Source: Chlamydiia bacterium (GTDB taxonomy: Bacteria; Chlamydiota; Chlamydiia; Chlamydiales; Rhabdochlamydiaceae). From it: 64,000 bases of DNA. The translations under genes and the position numbers were made by a program. The stretch spans positions 288,001-352,000 of the forward strand of contig CAWDOQ010000002.1 of assembly GCA_963804085.1 (NCBI GenBank), in the 5' to 3' direction. Shown piece after piece: positions 1 to 8,210 of this stretch. Under the pieces are notes generated by a model. The model saw only the letters and a list, made by a program, of their open reading frames with translations, was not told the origin of the DNA and searched no databases. Every line of letters begins with the position of its first letter. Within the stretch, counting starts at the first letter, position 1.

Positions 1-1
1 C

Positions 2-184
2 CACAGCCCAAAAGAGGCAATTCAGACATACGAAGCGGTAGGGAAAGAAGTCCGTTCTGCCATCGCCAAAATCGGCGGCACTCCTCCGGAAAACATCCCT
101 CCTACTGAGCCCATCAAAAACGTCGAGAAACATTTGAAAAAGTCAAAGCCTCGGTTAGAGATCAAAAAGAGCCTTCCCGAATAA
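2..184 (+). CDS. dinD: DNA damage-inducible protein D, C-terminal part (5'-truncated by the window edge)
   Basis: Frame 2 reads HSPKEAIQTYEAVGKEVRSAIAKIGGTPPENIPPTEPIKNVEK..., resembling the DinD C-terminal motif (H/Y..VG..VR..I...GGT.PE.LP); TAA at 182-184. Not in the ORF track. Confidence 0.7.
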   Translation, partial: HSPKEAIQTYEAVGKEVRSAIAKIGGTPPENIPPTEPIKNVEKHLKKSKPRLEIKKSLPE

Positions 185-207
185 CTACGATGTGTCCTCA
201 ACAAAAT

Positions 208-603
208 TTAACGTCCTTTAGCTACCATACTCAATTTAGGACTATATTCGTTTGAATAGTAAACATTTACACGAGCTCTTCGGTTGCGAGGTTTAGATCT
301 CACAACAATGTCCACATCTTTTCCAAGTTCATTGAGGAAATACATCAACCGTTCAACTGAGTATCCTCTAAAATGACCTCTCAATAGATCAGATAGTTTA
401 GGTTGAGAAATTCCAAGGATCGCGGCAGCATCTGTTTGCGTTAGGTTTTTCTTTTTAATCGCTTTGCTAATTTCCATTACTAGGGTGGATTTTGTTGCCA
501 TCTCTTCATGCTTTTTATACCCCAGTTGCTTATACACGCTACCAGAACCTATTTCGACCCTGGTATCGGCCATTTCTTCTTCGTGTGATCTTCGTTTTTT
601 CAT
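208..603 (-). CDS. XRE/HigA-type HTH antitoxin
   Basis: HTH LTQTDAAAILGISQPKLSDLLRG..FRGYSVERL; ATG at 603 overlaps the toxin TGA (ATGA). Confidence 0.85.
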   Translation of the reverse strand: MKKRRSHEEEMADTRVEIGSGSVYKQLGYKKHEEMATKSTLVMEISKAIKKKNLTQTDAAAILGISQPKLSDLLRGHFRGYSVERLMYFLNELGKDVDIVVRSKPRNRRARVNVYYSNEYSPKLSMVAKGR

Positions 604-968
604 AACTTTCTCCTCAGCAACCACGCTTCGTACTCTTGCTCTGCAAGTTTCAGGCGATTTTTAATTAGCTCTATATCTTGTTTAGATGTTTTTATTCCAT
701 GTTTCGATTTTTTTTGAAACACGTGCAACACAGCGATAACTTCCTTAAACTTGACGGTGTAAACAGCGCGATAAGTGCCGCCCACATTGTACTCCACAAT
801 TTCCAAAACAGCCGCACCGCCGAATCCTTTCAAGGGTTTTGCTTTCTCGCTCTTTTCTCCTACCTGGGCTTGATGAAGTGCGTAACCTATTTCATCCATA
901 GCCCCATCAGTTAGAGATTCAAGATCACGTTTAGACGAGGCTACCCAGATGATCGGCTTTACTTCCAT
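600..968 (-). CDS. RelE/HigB-like (Gp49/DUF891) type II toxin
   Basis: KPLKGFGGAAVLEIVE..GGTYRAVYTVKF..VLHVFQKKS motif; GGAG RBS before ATG at 968; toxin-first order with the XRE gene. Confidence 0.85.
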   Translation of the reverse strand: MEVKPIIWVASSKRDLESLTDGAMDEIGYALHQAQVGEKSEKAKPLKGFGGAAVLEIVEYNVGGTYRAVYTVKFKEVIAVLHVFQKKSKHGIKTSKQDIELIKNRLKLAEQEYEAWLLRRKL

Positions 969-1123
969 AATTACGACTCCTGCTCTATTAGATATACCCA
1001 ATATGGGGGATAATTTCAAGCATTAGATGAGATGGTCTGTGTAAAGATCAACGGGGCTGGCTAAGCCATGCGACTTAATATTTTGATTGCCAATGTCTTA
1101 AGTCGAGACAACTACAACCCAAA

Positions 1124-1154
1124 TTCAGTTGTACGGTGTTTCCGTACAACTGAA
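1124..1154. terminator. 13-bp hairpin downstream of the MFS gene
   Basis: TTCAGTTGTACGG-TGTTT-CCGTACAACTGAA perfect inverted repeat just past the MFS stop codon. Confidence 0.55.
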
Positions 1155-1165
1155 GTGCGCATCTT

Positions 1166-2461
1166 TTATTGCAACGAGGTCTGGTAGCTGGGCTTGCAAT
1201 GCGTCTCTTTAACCTTCCGCAAGGTCAAAAGCGCAATGACCAGATATGCCGGTAGAGTTAAGAAGGCTGCCTTGTAAGCTGTCACCGAAAACACTCTTGC
1301 TCCATCGACTAATTTTCCATCCCAACCCAAATCTAGTAACTTGCCGGTTAGGGGATCAGAAAATGCTCCCAGAAATGCATCGAAGGCGTTCATAAAGCCG
1401 ATCGCCGTCGCTGCAAGTAGAGGCAAGTTAATCTCGCGGATCATCGTAAAACAGAGCAGAAAGCTGCTGATCGAAAATCCGAACATGAAAAGCAAGAGTG
1501 CCACCATGTACGTAGAAACCATAGGCATGTAAATGACCGCGGATAGCGCAAGAAACGCACCCACTGTTCCCCACAGCATGACGCTCTGTCTTTGGCCGAG
1601 TCTGTCTGAAAGCCAACCAAAGACGGGCGCGCCGACTGCAAAACCGATGAAGATCAGCGACACCATCTGTGCGGAGAGGTTGTGGGATAGCTCAAATGTT
1701 TCTGAAACAAATGAGACTCCCCAAAGACCACCAAAGACCATCACAGGTGCGAAAGCAAAACCGCTATAGATCGAAAGCCACCAAGACTGTGGATTTTTTA
1801 GAATGAGTTTCATGCTGTCTAAAAATGGGAGCCTAGGTGTTTCGCTCTCGCCTACATTAACATCGCCTTCTCTTCTGTCGCGCACAAGAAGCCAGAAGAG
1901 TGCTGCTAAGGCAAACCCTCCCACGCCAATCACTTCCATCGCATGGCGCCACTCCATCTTTTGAATGAATGCGGCCAAAGGTGCTTGCCCTCCTACGGCA
2001 CCCAGCATAGCCATGGTCATCATAAGACCTGCCATGAAAGCAAAGTGTCTCAAGGGAAACCAGTTGGCGATCAGCTTTAAACAACTGACCGCTGCGAAAG
2101 CCGCGCCCGCTCCTGTTAAAAAGCGTCCGAGACTTGCAGTAAGCAGCGAATCGGCTCCAGCAAAAAGGAAGCTCCCCACAGCACATAACGCGATGGCAAG
2201 TGTTGTGGTTTTTCTGGGCCCAAATCTATCCAAAAGCAGCCCTGCGGGAATTTGCAAGAGCAAGTAGGCGTAGAAGTAGGAAGCGGTTAGATTTCCTAGC
2301 TCTACACCACCAATATGAAATGTTCTCATCAAAGTCGAGGTCATCACACTAGGAGAGACCTCTATCGCATACTTGTAGAACATGAACGCAGCGCTAAGCA
2401 GCCAAATGGTCCATGCGCGTACAGGATATGCTAGTTTTTCGAGACTGATTGCTTTTGTCAT
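1166..2461 (-). CDS. MFS transporter
   Basis: About 12 TM segments; motif A GLLLDRFGPRK and GWLSDRLGQR. Confidence 0.9.
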   Translation of the reverse strand: MTKAISLEKLAYPVRAWTIWLLSAAFMFYKYAIEVSPSVMTSTLMRTFHIGGVELGNLTASYFYAYLLLQIPAGLLLDRFGPRKTTTLAIALCAVGSFLFAGADSLLTASLGRFLTGAGAAFAAVSCLKLIANWFPLRHFAFMAGLMMTMAMLGAVGGQAPLAAFIQKMEWRHAMEVIGVGGFALAALFWLLVRDRREGDVNVGESETPRLPFLDSMKLILKNPQSWWLSIYSGFAFAPVMVFGGLWGVSFVSETFELSHNLSAQMVSLIFIGFAVGAPVFGWLSDRLGQRQSVMLWGTVGAFLALSAVIYMPMVSTYMVALLLFMFGFSISSFLLCFTMIREINLPLLAATAIGFMNAFDAFLGAFSDPLTGKLLDLGWDGKLVDGARVFSVTAYKAAFLTLPAYLVIALLTLRKVKETHCKPSYQTSLQ

Positions 2462-3207
2462 AGTTTCTCCTTTTGCATGGTGGCTTTACCAACTTCTGTC
2501 AGAAAATAATAGCACATACCAAAACCTCCGTTAGCGCGAGCCTTGCGAAGAGCTCCCCATGTCAATTGTCGCCAGTTATCGATAAGGAGTCCGCTTTGCC
2601 AGCGCGTGAGAGCTGTATTTTGGGAATGTCCCGCAAGACTTCCAGCAGCAGATGATGTAAAAACTGTTAAATATTCGACAAGCTTGTTGTTGCCAAACTT
2701 TCGTTTGGCAATGGGAGCCAATCGATCGCCAGCAGCCATACCGAGAACAAAAAAGGTCTCTTGACCCATAATCGCAAGGCCCTGCTTTGCTGAGAATCTG
2801 CGAAGAGACTCCAGAACACTCCAACCCATTGTTTGGCCATTAAAGACCGCTAAAACAGGCGCAGAAACAGCCCCTACCACTGCAGAGCTTGCCAGCATGG
2901 ATGGCAAACTTTTGTTGTTCGACTCTCCAACGATAGTTTTCTCTACAGCGTTTTGAACAACCATTTGTGTGCCCACGATAGCACCGACGGTCGGAGCGGC
3001 CTTCAACCCCTCTTGCATTCCCTTGAGCAGGGTCATTTTAGGAACTGGCATTCCTCTTTGTAATGCGCTCTTAGCGATCATATCCCGAAAAACAGGAACG
3101 ATGGCGAATGATGCCGCAAATGGTGGCACCAAATAAGGTGCATATGAGGGCCAAACCTTCTGAGAAGGCTGCTCATTTGGAGCAGCAGATGACGTAGATG
3201 CTGACAT
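2458..3207 (-). CDS. Mitochondrial-carrier (SLC25)-like membrane protein
   Basis: Three ~75-aa repeats with degenerate carrier signatures (e.g. AGSLAGHSQNTALTRWQ, GAVSAPVLAVFNGQ); stop overlaps the MFS start. Confidence 0.55.
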   Translation of the reverse strand: MSASTSSAAPNEQPSQKVWPSYAPYLVPPFAASFAIVPVFRDMIAKSALQRGMPVPKMTLLKGMQEGLKAAPTVGAIVGTQMVVQNAVEKTIVGESNNKSLPSMLASSAVVGAVSAPVLAVFNGQTMGWSVLESLRRFSAKQGLAIMGQETFFVLGMAAGDRLAPIAKRKFGNNKLVEYLTVFTSSAAGSLAGHSQNTALTRWQSGLLIDNWRQLTWGALRKARANGGFGMCYYFLTEVGKATMQKEKL

Positions 3208-3299
3208 AAAAAATCCTTGGTTTAAAGTTTTAAATCACAGATCTTCCTAGACCTGGAGTACGAACAAAAAAATGTGAGAGAAATCAAGTGTTAATCCGC

Positions 3300-3422
3300 C
3301 TAGAGGCGGATACGAATAGAAATGACGCGAAGGTTTTGGACAACAAAAGCCGCAGGAGAGCAGGTAGAACCCGCTTCCATAACCTCGCAAAGAGAGTGAG
3401 ATTTTAAGCTATTTGTTTTCAT
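3300..3422 (-). promoter_or_regulatory. Candidate leader peptide (40 aa, ends IRIRL*) with a hairpin over its stop codon
   Basis: uORF MKTNSLKSHSLCEVMEAGSTCSPAAFVVQNLRVISIRIRL*; ATCCGCC-N4-GGCGGAT stem at 3294-3311. Confidence 0.4.
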
Positions 3423-3494
3423 GGCGTCTATTCTAATGAATAAGGCTATTATTTATCAATAAATAATAAGGCGCTCATTATCAGATAGTTCAGT

Positions 3495-4484
3495 TTAGAA
3501 GGGGCTGGTGCTTCTGAGTCCTTTGAAGGGTGAGACCACGTAGTCCGTGATGCTTTCGAGGACTCCGTTTGGGAAATTTGCTGCGATAGCCATCCGAATT
3601 TCTAAACGGATCAGCTCGGTGACAGTGGGATTTTTGTTGATCTCAGAGATGACGCTTGGCAATGAAGAGTGTCTTTGTTTCATTCGCTCGATGAGATCTG
3701 CCTTGGTCTTACGCATAAAGGCGAGTGCATGCGGATCATATGAAGGATCGAGATTCTTCGGGATCAGACCTTTTGTTTTATTATAAACAGTGCGCACTTC
3801 TTTCCAAATTAGCTCTGTAGGGCAGCTCCTCGCTGAGGGCAAAATTTTCTCGATCTTTTCAACTCCGAAACGGTCCATATAAGCGACAAAGTCTCTGCAC
3901 TCCTTAATTTTGCTCGCAGGACAGCTCAGCCGGAAATAGGGGTCTACAACAACACCTGTTTTACAAGCAGAGAGCGTGTCTATAAGTTTCCAATCATGTT
4001 TGTTGCACAGCGCTATGAGCCGTTCAGCAGCCACTCCCAAAATAACAAATTCGTGACCATCACGCTCACCATCGCAGGATATTGTCACGAATCTCCGATT
4101 AGCTTCGCTGACTTTTAATGCCGTTAACTCTGTTTTTTCTTGGCACTCCCCTACTCCGAAATGGGTGGTTGCAATAAAGTCGGCAGTCTGAGGAGATGTC
4201 AAGCCATGATGAGGGACTTTTTGCCGGGTTGTTCGCACTGCGTGAAGCCTTTCAAGATACTCCAGGTACTCTAAATAAGTGGGGCCAAACTCTTTGTACC
4301 GTGCCTCGTGTTGATCCTTTGGTATGCGGCCAATCGCTACTCTTGAGATGATATCATGACTTGAAACCGCCGTCTGGTTCACCTCTTGGACGACCCTCTC
4401 TCCTAAAGCCAGATCCTCCGGAGCAAAAGTCGGCTCAAAAGTGCGAGTTTTGCAACAACTCCTAAAACAATTTATAAAGAACAT
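3495..4484 (-). CDS. Hypothetical protein with putative Cys-His-Asp triad (transglutaminase/papain-like effector)
   Basis: 329-aa ORF; GECQE...GHEFVILG...VVVDPY spacing. Confidence 0.6.
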   Translation of the reverse strand: MFFINCFRSCCKTRTFEPTFAPEDLALGERVVQEVNQTAVSSHDIISRVAIGRIPKDQHEARYKEFGPTYLEYLEYLERLHAVRTTRQKVPHHGLTSPQTADFIATTHFGVGECQEKTELTALKVSEANRRFVTISCDGERDGHEFVILGVAAERLIALCNKHDWKLIDTLSACKTGVVVDPYFRLSCPASKIKECRDFVAYMDRFGVEKIEKILPSARSCPTELIWKEVRTVYNKTKGLIPKNLDPSYDPHALAFMRKTKADLIERMKQRHSSLPSVISEINKNPTVTELIRLEIRMAIAANFPNGVLESITDYVVSPFKGLRSTSPF

Positions 4485-4569
4485 AAAAACCCCAAATTTA
4501 GAGAAAGAATGATAATAAAATCATTTAATAAATTCAATCTAAATAAGTATGTGTATTAATAGATATTTG

Positions 4570-4596
4570 AAAAACAGACAGAGCGCTAGCTCTGTC
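4570..4596 (-). terminator. Rho-independent terminator
   Basis: GACAGAGC-N4-GCTCTGTC stem followed by TGTTTTT on the minus strand, downstream of 4665-5774. Confidence 0.6.
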
Positions 4597-4664
4597 ATTA
4601 GGCTTTGATTGAAGCGACTACCTTCCTATCGTCAAAATGGCATACAAGCGCTCTAAAAACACTA

Positions 4665-5774
4665 TTAACGTATAGAGAACAGGAGCAATTCAAGATCTTT
4701 TAAGCACTCTTCTTCCTCTTCTGGGCGAGAAATGACTTGGAACTCATAAAAATGATCGCCGTGCTGAAAAGATCTGCGATTTTCAACGAGGCTTTCTCTA
4801 TTTGTAAGCGCGTTAGGCTCGCAAAAATAGGTGCCCGTTAAAAACGGTATCTGATTTTCACTGGCAAAAACATCACGGCATCTTTCTGATAAAGAACGCT
4901 CATGAGCTGCTTGACCAAAACCTTTCCAATAACGCACAGAAAGGACCCCCGAACCTGAAAGCTGAAACAAGCCTTCATATTCTCCGTAGCGTCCCAATAT
5001 AGGTGTGATATGCACCGGCACAGCAAAAGAAAGCGAGCTCGAGCCATCATTGACATAGTAGATGCGATCTTGGGAGTTAAAGAAAAAATCGTCTGTCTCA
5101 TCTACTAAAAAATCCTCTCCCCGTAAAACTTCAGGGACTCTATCTGAAGATATCTCCCTGCAAAATCTTGAAATGACAACTGCTTTTTCTGCTTCATTAA
5201 ATGCGCTCTCTTGCTCCTCCCACTCTTCAAATGAACGGTAATCGCGAGGAAAAGCTTTATTCCAGTTTTCGAAATTACCTAAGGCCATTCTTTTTGCTTT
5301 TAACCAAGCTTGTTTCTCTTCATCGGTTAAGCCACAGGCAAGAATGGCATGATGCACATATTGAAATAGCATCTCATAGACGAGGCCATCTTGCGTTCCA
5401 GTATGATCATCTACGAGTCGTTCATCGATTTCCATTCTTCCTAATGCACCCATGTATAATACAGCGCCCTTCTCAAAATCTTTGAGATAGACGTAACCAA
5501 GTCCGCTACCAAGCAGCACATCAGGAGAATAGTACCCTGGGTTTGTATACACCTTTTCTAAAAGCTCTTTTTTTTTGTCTGATGGAATATTTTCGTTCAC
5601 CACAAAATCACTCATAAAGAAAATCCGCTGACCGGGAGAAGATTGACAAAGATTCGCGCACTCTTCCCAAAAGCTGTCTGTATAATTCTCATGAGGGGAT
5701 CCATTCAGACCAGCACTTGCTTTAATAGCTCCAAACACGATGCAGAAAATAAACAAACAGAAAAAGCGTTTCAT
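4665..5774 (-). CDS. Secreted hypothetical protein
   Basis: 369-aa ORF with N-terminal signal peptide MKRFFCLFIFCIVFGAIKASA. Confidence 0.7.
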   Translation of the reverse strand: MKRFFCLFIFCIVFGAIKASAGLNGSPHENYTDSFWEECANLCQSSPGQRIFFMSDFVVNENIPSDKKKELLEKVYTNPGYYSPDVLLGSGLGYVYLKDFEKGAVLYMGALGRMEIDERLVDDHTGTQDGLVYEMLFQYVHHAILACGLTDEEKQAWLKAKRMALGNFENWNKAFPRDYRSFEEWEEQESAFNEAEKAVVISRFCREISSDRVPEVLRGEDFLVDETDDFFFNSQDRIYYVNDGSSSLSFAVPVHITPILGRYGEYEGLFQLSGSGVLSVRYWKGFGQAAHERSLSERCRDVFASENQIPFLTGTYFCEPNALTNRESLVENRRSFQHGDHFYEFQVISRPEEEEECLKDLELLLFSIR

Positions 5775-5786
5775 AGTGCGTAGCCT

Positions 5787-6254
5787 TTAAGTTTTGATTG
5801 AGGACTCTACTTTGACTGGAAAATTCACAGAGTTGGCGATGAAGCATTTTTTGTGCGCTTCAGCATGGAGCTTCTCTGCATCGGCAATCCGTGCAGCATC
5901 TGTTATAACAATCACGGGTCGCATCGTGGCTTCTTTGAATCTGCCAAGACCTGATGCTTCAACGATCATCTCCCCAATTGGGCGATCGACATATTCCATG
6001 ACTATGATTTTCTGCTCAGAGCAGAGGTGCAAATACCAGAGCATGTGGCAGGCACTAAGAGATGCAAGCAGAAGCTCTTCGGGATTCCAGCGTGTCGGGT
6101 CCCCTCTAAACTTTGGGTCGGAGGAGCCGACGAGATCGGGCTTTCCCGGTGCAGTGATCAGATGCGCGCGATCATATGAGCGGTAATCTTTTGTTCCGTC
6201 TCCTCGATTTCCTGTCCACTTAACCGAGAGTTCGTAATGGTGTGCATTTGTCAT
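5787..6254 (-). CDS. OsmC-like peroxiredoxin family protein
   Basis: WNPEELLLASLSACHMLWYL...AHKKCFIANSVN; likely start MTNAHHY at 6254. Confidence 0.9.
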   Translation of the reverse strand: MTNAHHYELSVKWTGNRGDGTKDYRSYDRAHLITAPGKPDLVGSSDPKFRGDPTRWNPEELLLASLSACHMLWYLHLCSEQKIIVMEYVDRPIGEMIVEASGLGRFKEATMRPVIVITDAARIADAEKLHAEAHKKCFIANSVNFPVKVESSIKT

Positions 6255-6431
6255 AGATGAGCCAGTGTACTCTAATCGTGACCGCAGAAAAAGAACTTCT
6301 TTTGGGTGGTGCAGGCAACGCTGATGTGCCTCTGTTGCATTGGTGGGTTTTTCTTGCATTAAATCGGCTGTGCATATAATTTTTTTCTGAAAAGTCACAA
6401 AATTTGACTAAATCAACAACTTGGAGATCTT

Positions 6432-7196
6432 ATGACTACACTGACACAACCTCTTGCAGCCAGTGATACACTCGGCAATATGTCAATACAATCAAGTGCC
6501 CATGCTGCACCATCCTCCGGAGAGCGGAAAGTCGATTTCTCATACACCACGAGCACCATGCAGAGTGCAGCTGCTCCAACCGTTGCTGTGGATGCAAGGT
6601 TATTTGCACAAATGCAACAAATGCTACTTGCCAATCAGCTCGCTACAGCGCCAATTCAAAATCTCCCGCGAGAAACCGTTTTGCAAGACGGGAGCAAATA
6701 TATCGGTCCGACCAATAAAGATGGTCAACCTCACGGTTATGGTAGCGTAACGTACCCAGCACAAGATGACCGTTTAGACTACGTCGGAGAATTCCAAAAT
6801 GGAGTTCGCACTCAGGGGAAAATAAGATGGAGAACGGGAGATAGTTACGAAGGATCCTTTACAGATGACAAAGCAACTGGCCGAGGTAAACTCACATTTC
6901 CACCGGGAAATTCGAATAGTCAATTGAACTATGATGGAGAAGTACAGGCTGGGTGGGCTCATGGCCGCGGCATCATGCGTTGGACAGATGGGGCAATACA
7001 TGAAGGCCTCTTTCAAAAAGGAAACATGGAAGGTCAAGGCAAGCAAACGATGAGGAACGGCGACTATAAACTAGGAGTTTTTCAGAAGGGCGCTCTATGG
7101 GAAGGAGACCATTTCCGCAACTTTCCGCAAGGGGGTTCAGGTACCACTCCGTATAAAAATGGAGCCCCATTTTATGGTTGCTGTGTAATTCTTTGA
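6432..7196 (+). CDS. MORN-repeat protein with C-terminal CaaX (CVIL)
   Basis: Repeats such as YEGSFTDDKATGRGK and YDGEVQAGWAHGRG; ends GCCVIL*; GGAG RBS. Confidence 0.85.
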   Translation: MTTLTQPLAASDTLGNMSIQSSAHAAPSSGERKVDFSYTTSTMQSAAAPTVAVDARLFAQMQQMLLANQLATAPIQNLPRETVLQDGSKYIGPTNKDGQPHGYGSVTYPAQDDRLDYVGEFQNGVRTQGKIRWRTGDSYEGSFTDDKATGRGKLTFPPGNSNSQLNYDGEVQAGWAHGRGIMRWTDGAIHEGLFQKGNMEGQGKQTMRNGDYKLGVFQKGALWEGDHFRNFPQGGSGTTPYKNGAPFYGCCVIL

Positions 7197-7209
7197 TTCA
7201 CCCCGGGAA

Positions 7210-7244
7210 GAGCTTAGGCAAAAATTATGATTTTGCCTAAGCTC
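7210..7244. terminator. Hairpin between convergent genes
   Basis: GAGCTTAGGCAAAA-N7-TTTTGCCTAAGCTC, 14-bp perfect stem. Confidence 0.65.
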
Positions 7245-7265
7245 GCAGTAGTTGGATTTAGATCC

Positions 7266-8210
7266 CTAATCGTGGCGGCAGAAAAAGAACTTCCTTCTGT
7301 TCGTAAACACAACGCTGACGTAGTCCATACCAAAATCACAATTTGGATTGCTAAATGTCTCCTTGACAAGCCCCTTGTCACCAAAAAAATCCTGAATCGC
7401 TAAGTTGATCTTACGGAGCAGTTTGTCAGACTCACGCGATCCATCGCCTCCAACAATATAGATATGATAAATAGCTGCCTTATCGCGTGATATTTTCTCG
7501 AACTGTTTACATACATCTTCTTTGGTAGTTAAAGCGGAGGAGACGTGGTGAACTATGACCTCTTTTTCACTCAGACAAAAGACCGCTATACTGTCGCCTA
7601 TTTCGTATGCTGTTACATTCCGATTGTCTCGACAGACAGCAGAGGCTGCTACATGCACATTAATTGGGGTTGTATTGCTATGATGTTGAGAGATAGAACC
7701 TGCCACACTTAACAAAGGCAAAGTCTTTAAGGCCATCAAATTCGTTTTCTCTTTGGTTGCCTTAGTTTTGATTGGAAAATCCTTAAAATACAGCTCCTCT
7801 ACATCCTCATTAAATACCGATGTAGGCGCGCTCGACGAAAGAGAGGGAGAAACTTCTTTGCCTGGCGGCTTCTTCTCATCATTCTCCATTGCCTGTTTAG
7901 ACTTGATTTGCTGCTCATGCTTTTGAAACTCTTCAAACTTTTTCCAGGACAACACCTGCTCCTCTGTGCTGAAAACAGGGTGAGCGAGCATCACAAGTTT
8001 TTTCTGACTCCTGATGTGTTTCAACATCACCTTGACTGATTCTCTGGAGGTTCCGCCAAGGCCAAAAGGAGAAAGCGAGCCGCTTGTCGTCGGACTACCA
8101 ATAATCGGAGACCCTAAGTCTGAAGAACGAGCACTAACAGTCGTTGCAATACTGGGATGATCTACTGAAATCCTGCTGAGTGCAGGGCTGTTAGCAAGAG
8201 ATGAGGTCAT
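7266..8210 (-). CDS. Hypothetical protein, Ser-rich N-terminus, possible CheD/deamidase-like C-terminal domain
   Basis: 314-aa ORF; IGDSIAVF...HHVS...IYIVGG pattern. Confidence 0.6.
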   Translation of the reverse strand: MTSSLANSPALSRISVDHPSIATTVSARSSDLGSPIIGSPTTSGSLSPFGLGGTSRESVKVMLKHIRSQKKLVMLAHPVFSTEEQVLSWKKFEEFQKHEQQIKSKQAMENDEKKPPGKEVSPSLSSSAPTSVFNEDVEELYFKDFPIKTKATKEKTNLMALKTLPLLSVAGSISQHHSNTTPINVHVAASAVCRDNRNVTAYEIGDSIAVFCLSEKEVIVHHVSSALTTKEDVCKQFEKISRDKAAIYHIYIVGGDGSRESDKLLRKINLAIQDFFGDKGLVKETFSNPNCDFGMDYVSVVFTNRRKFFFCRHD

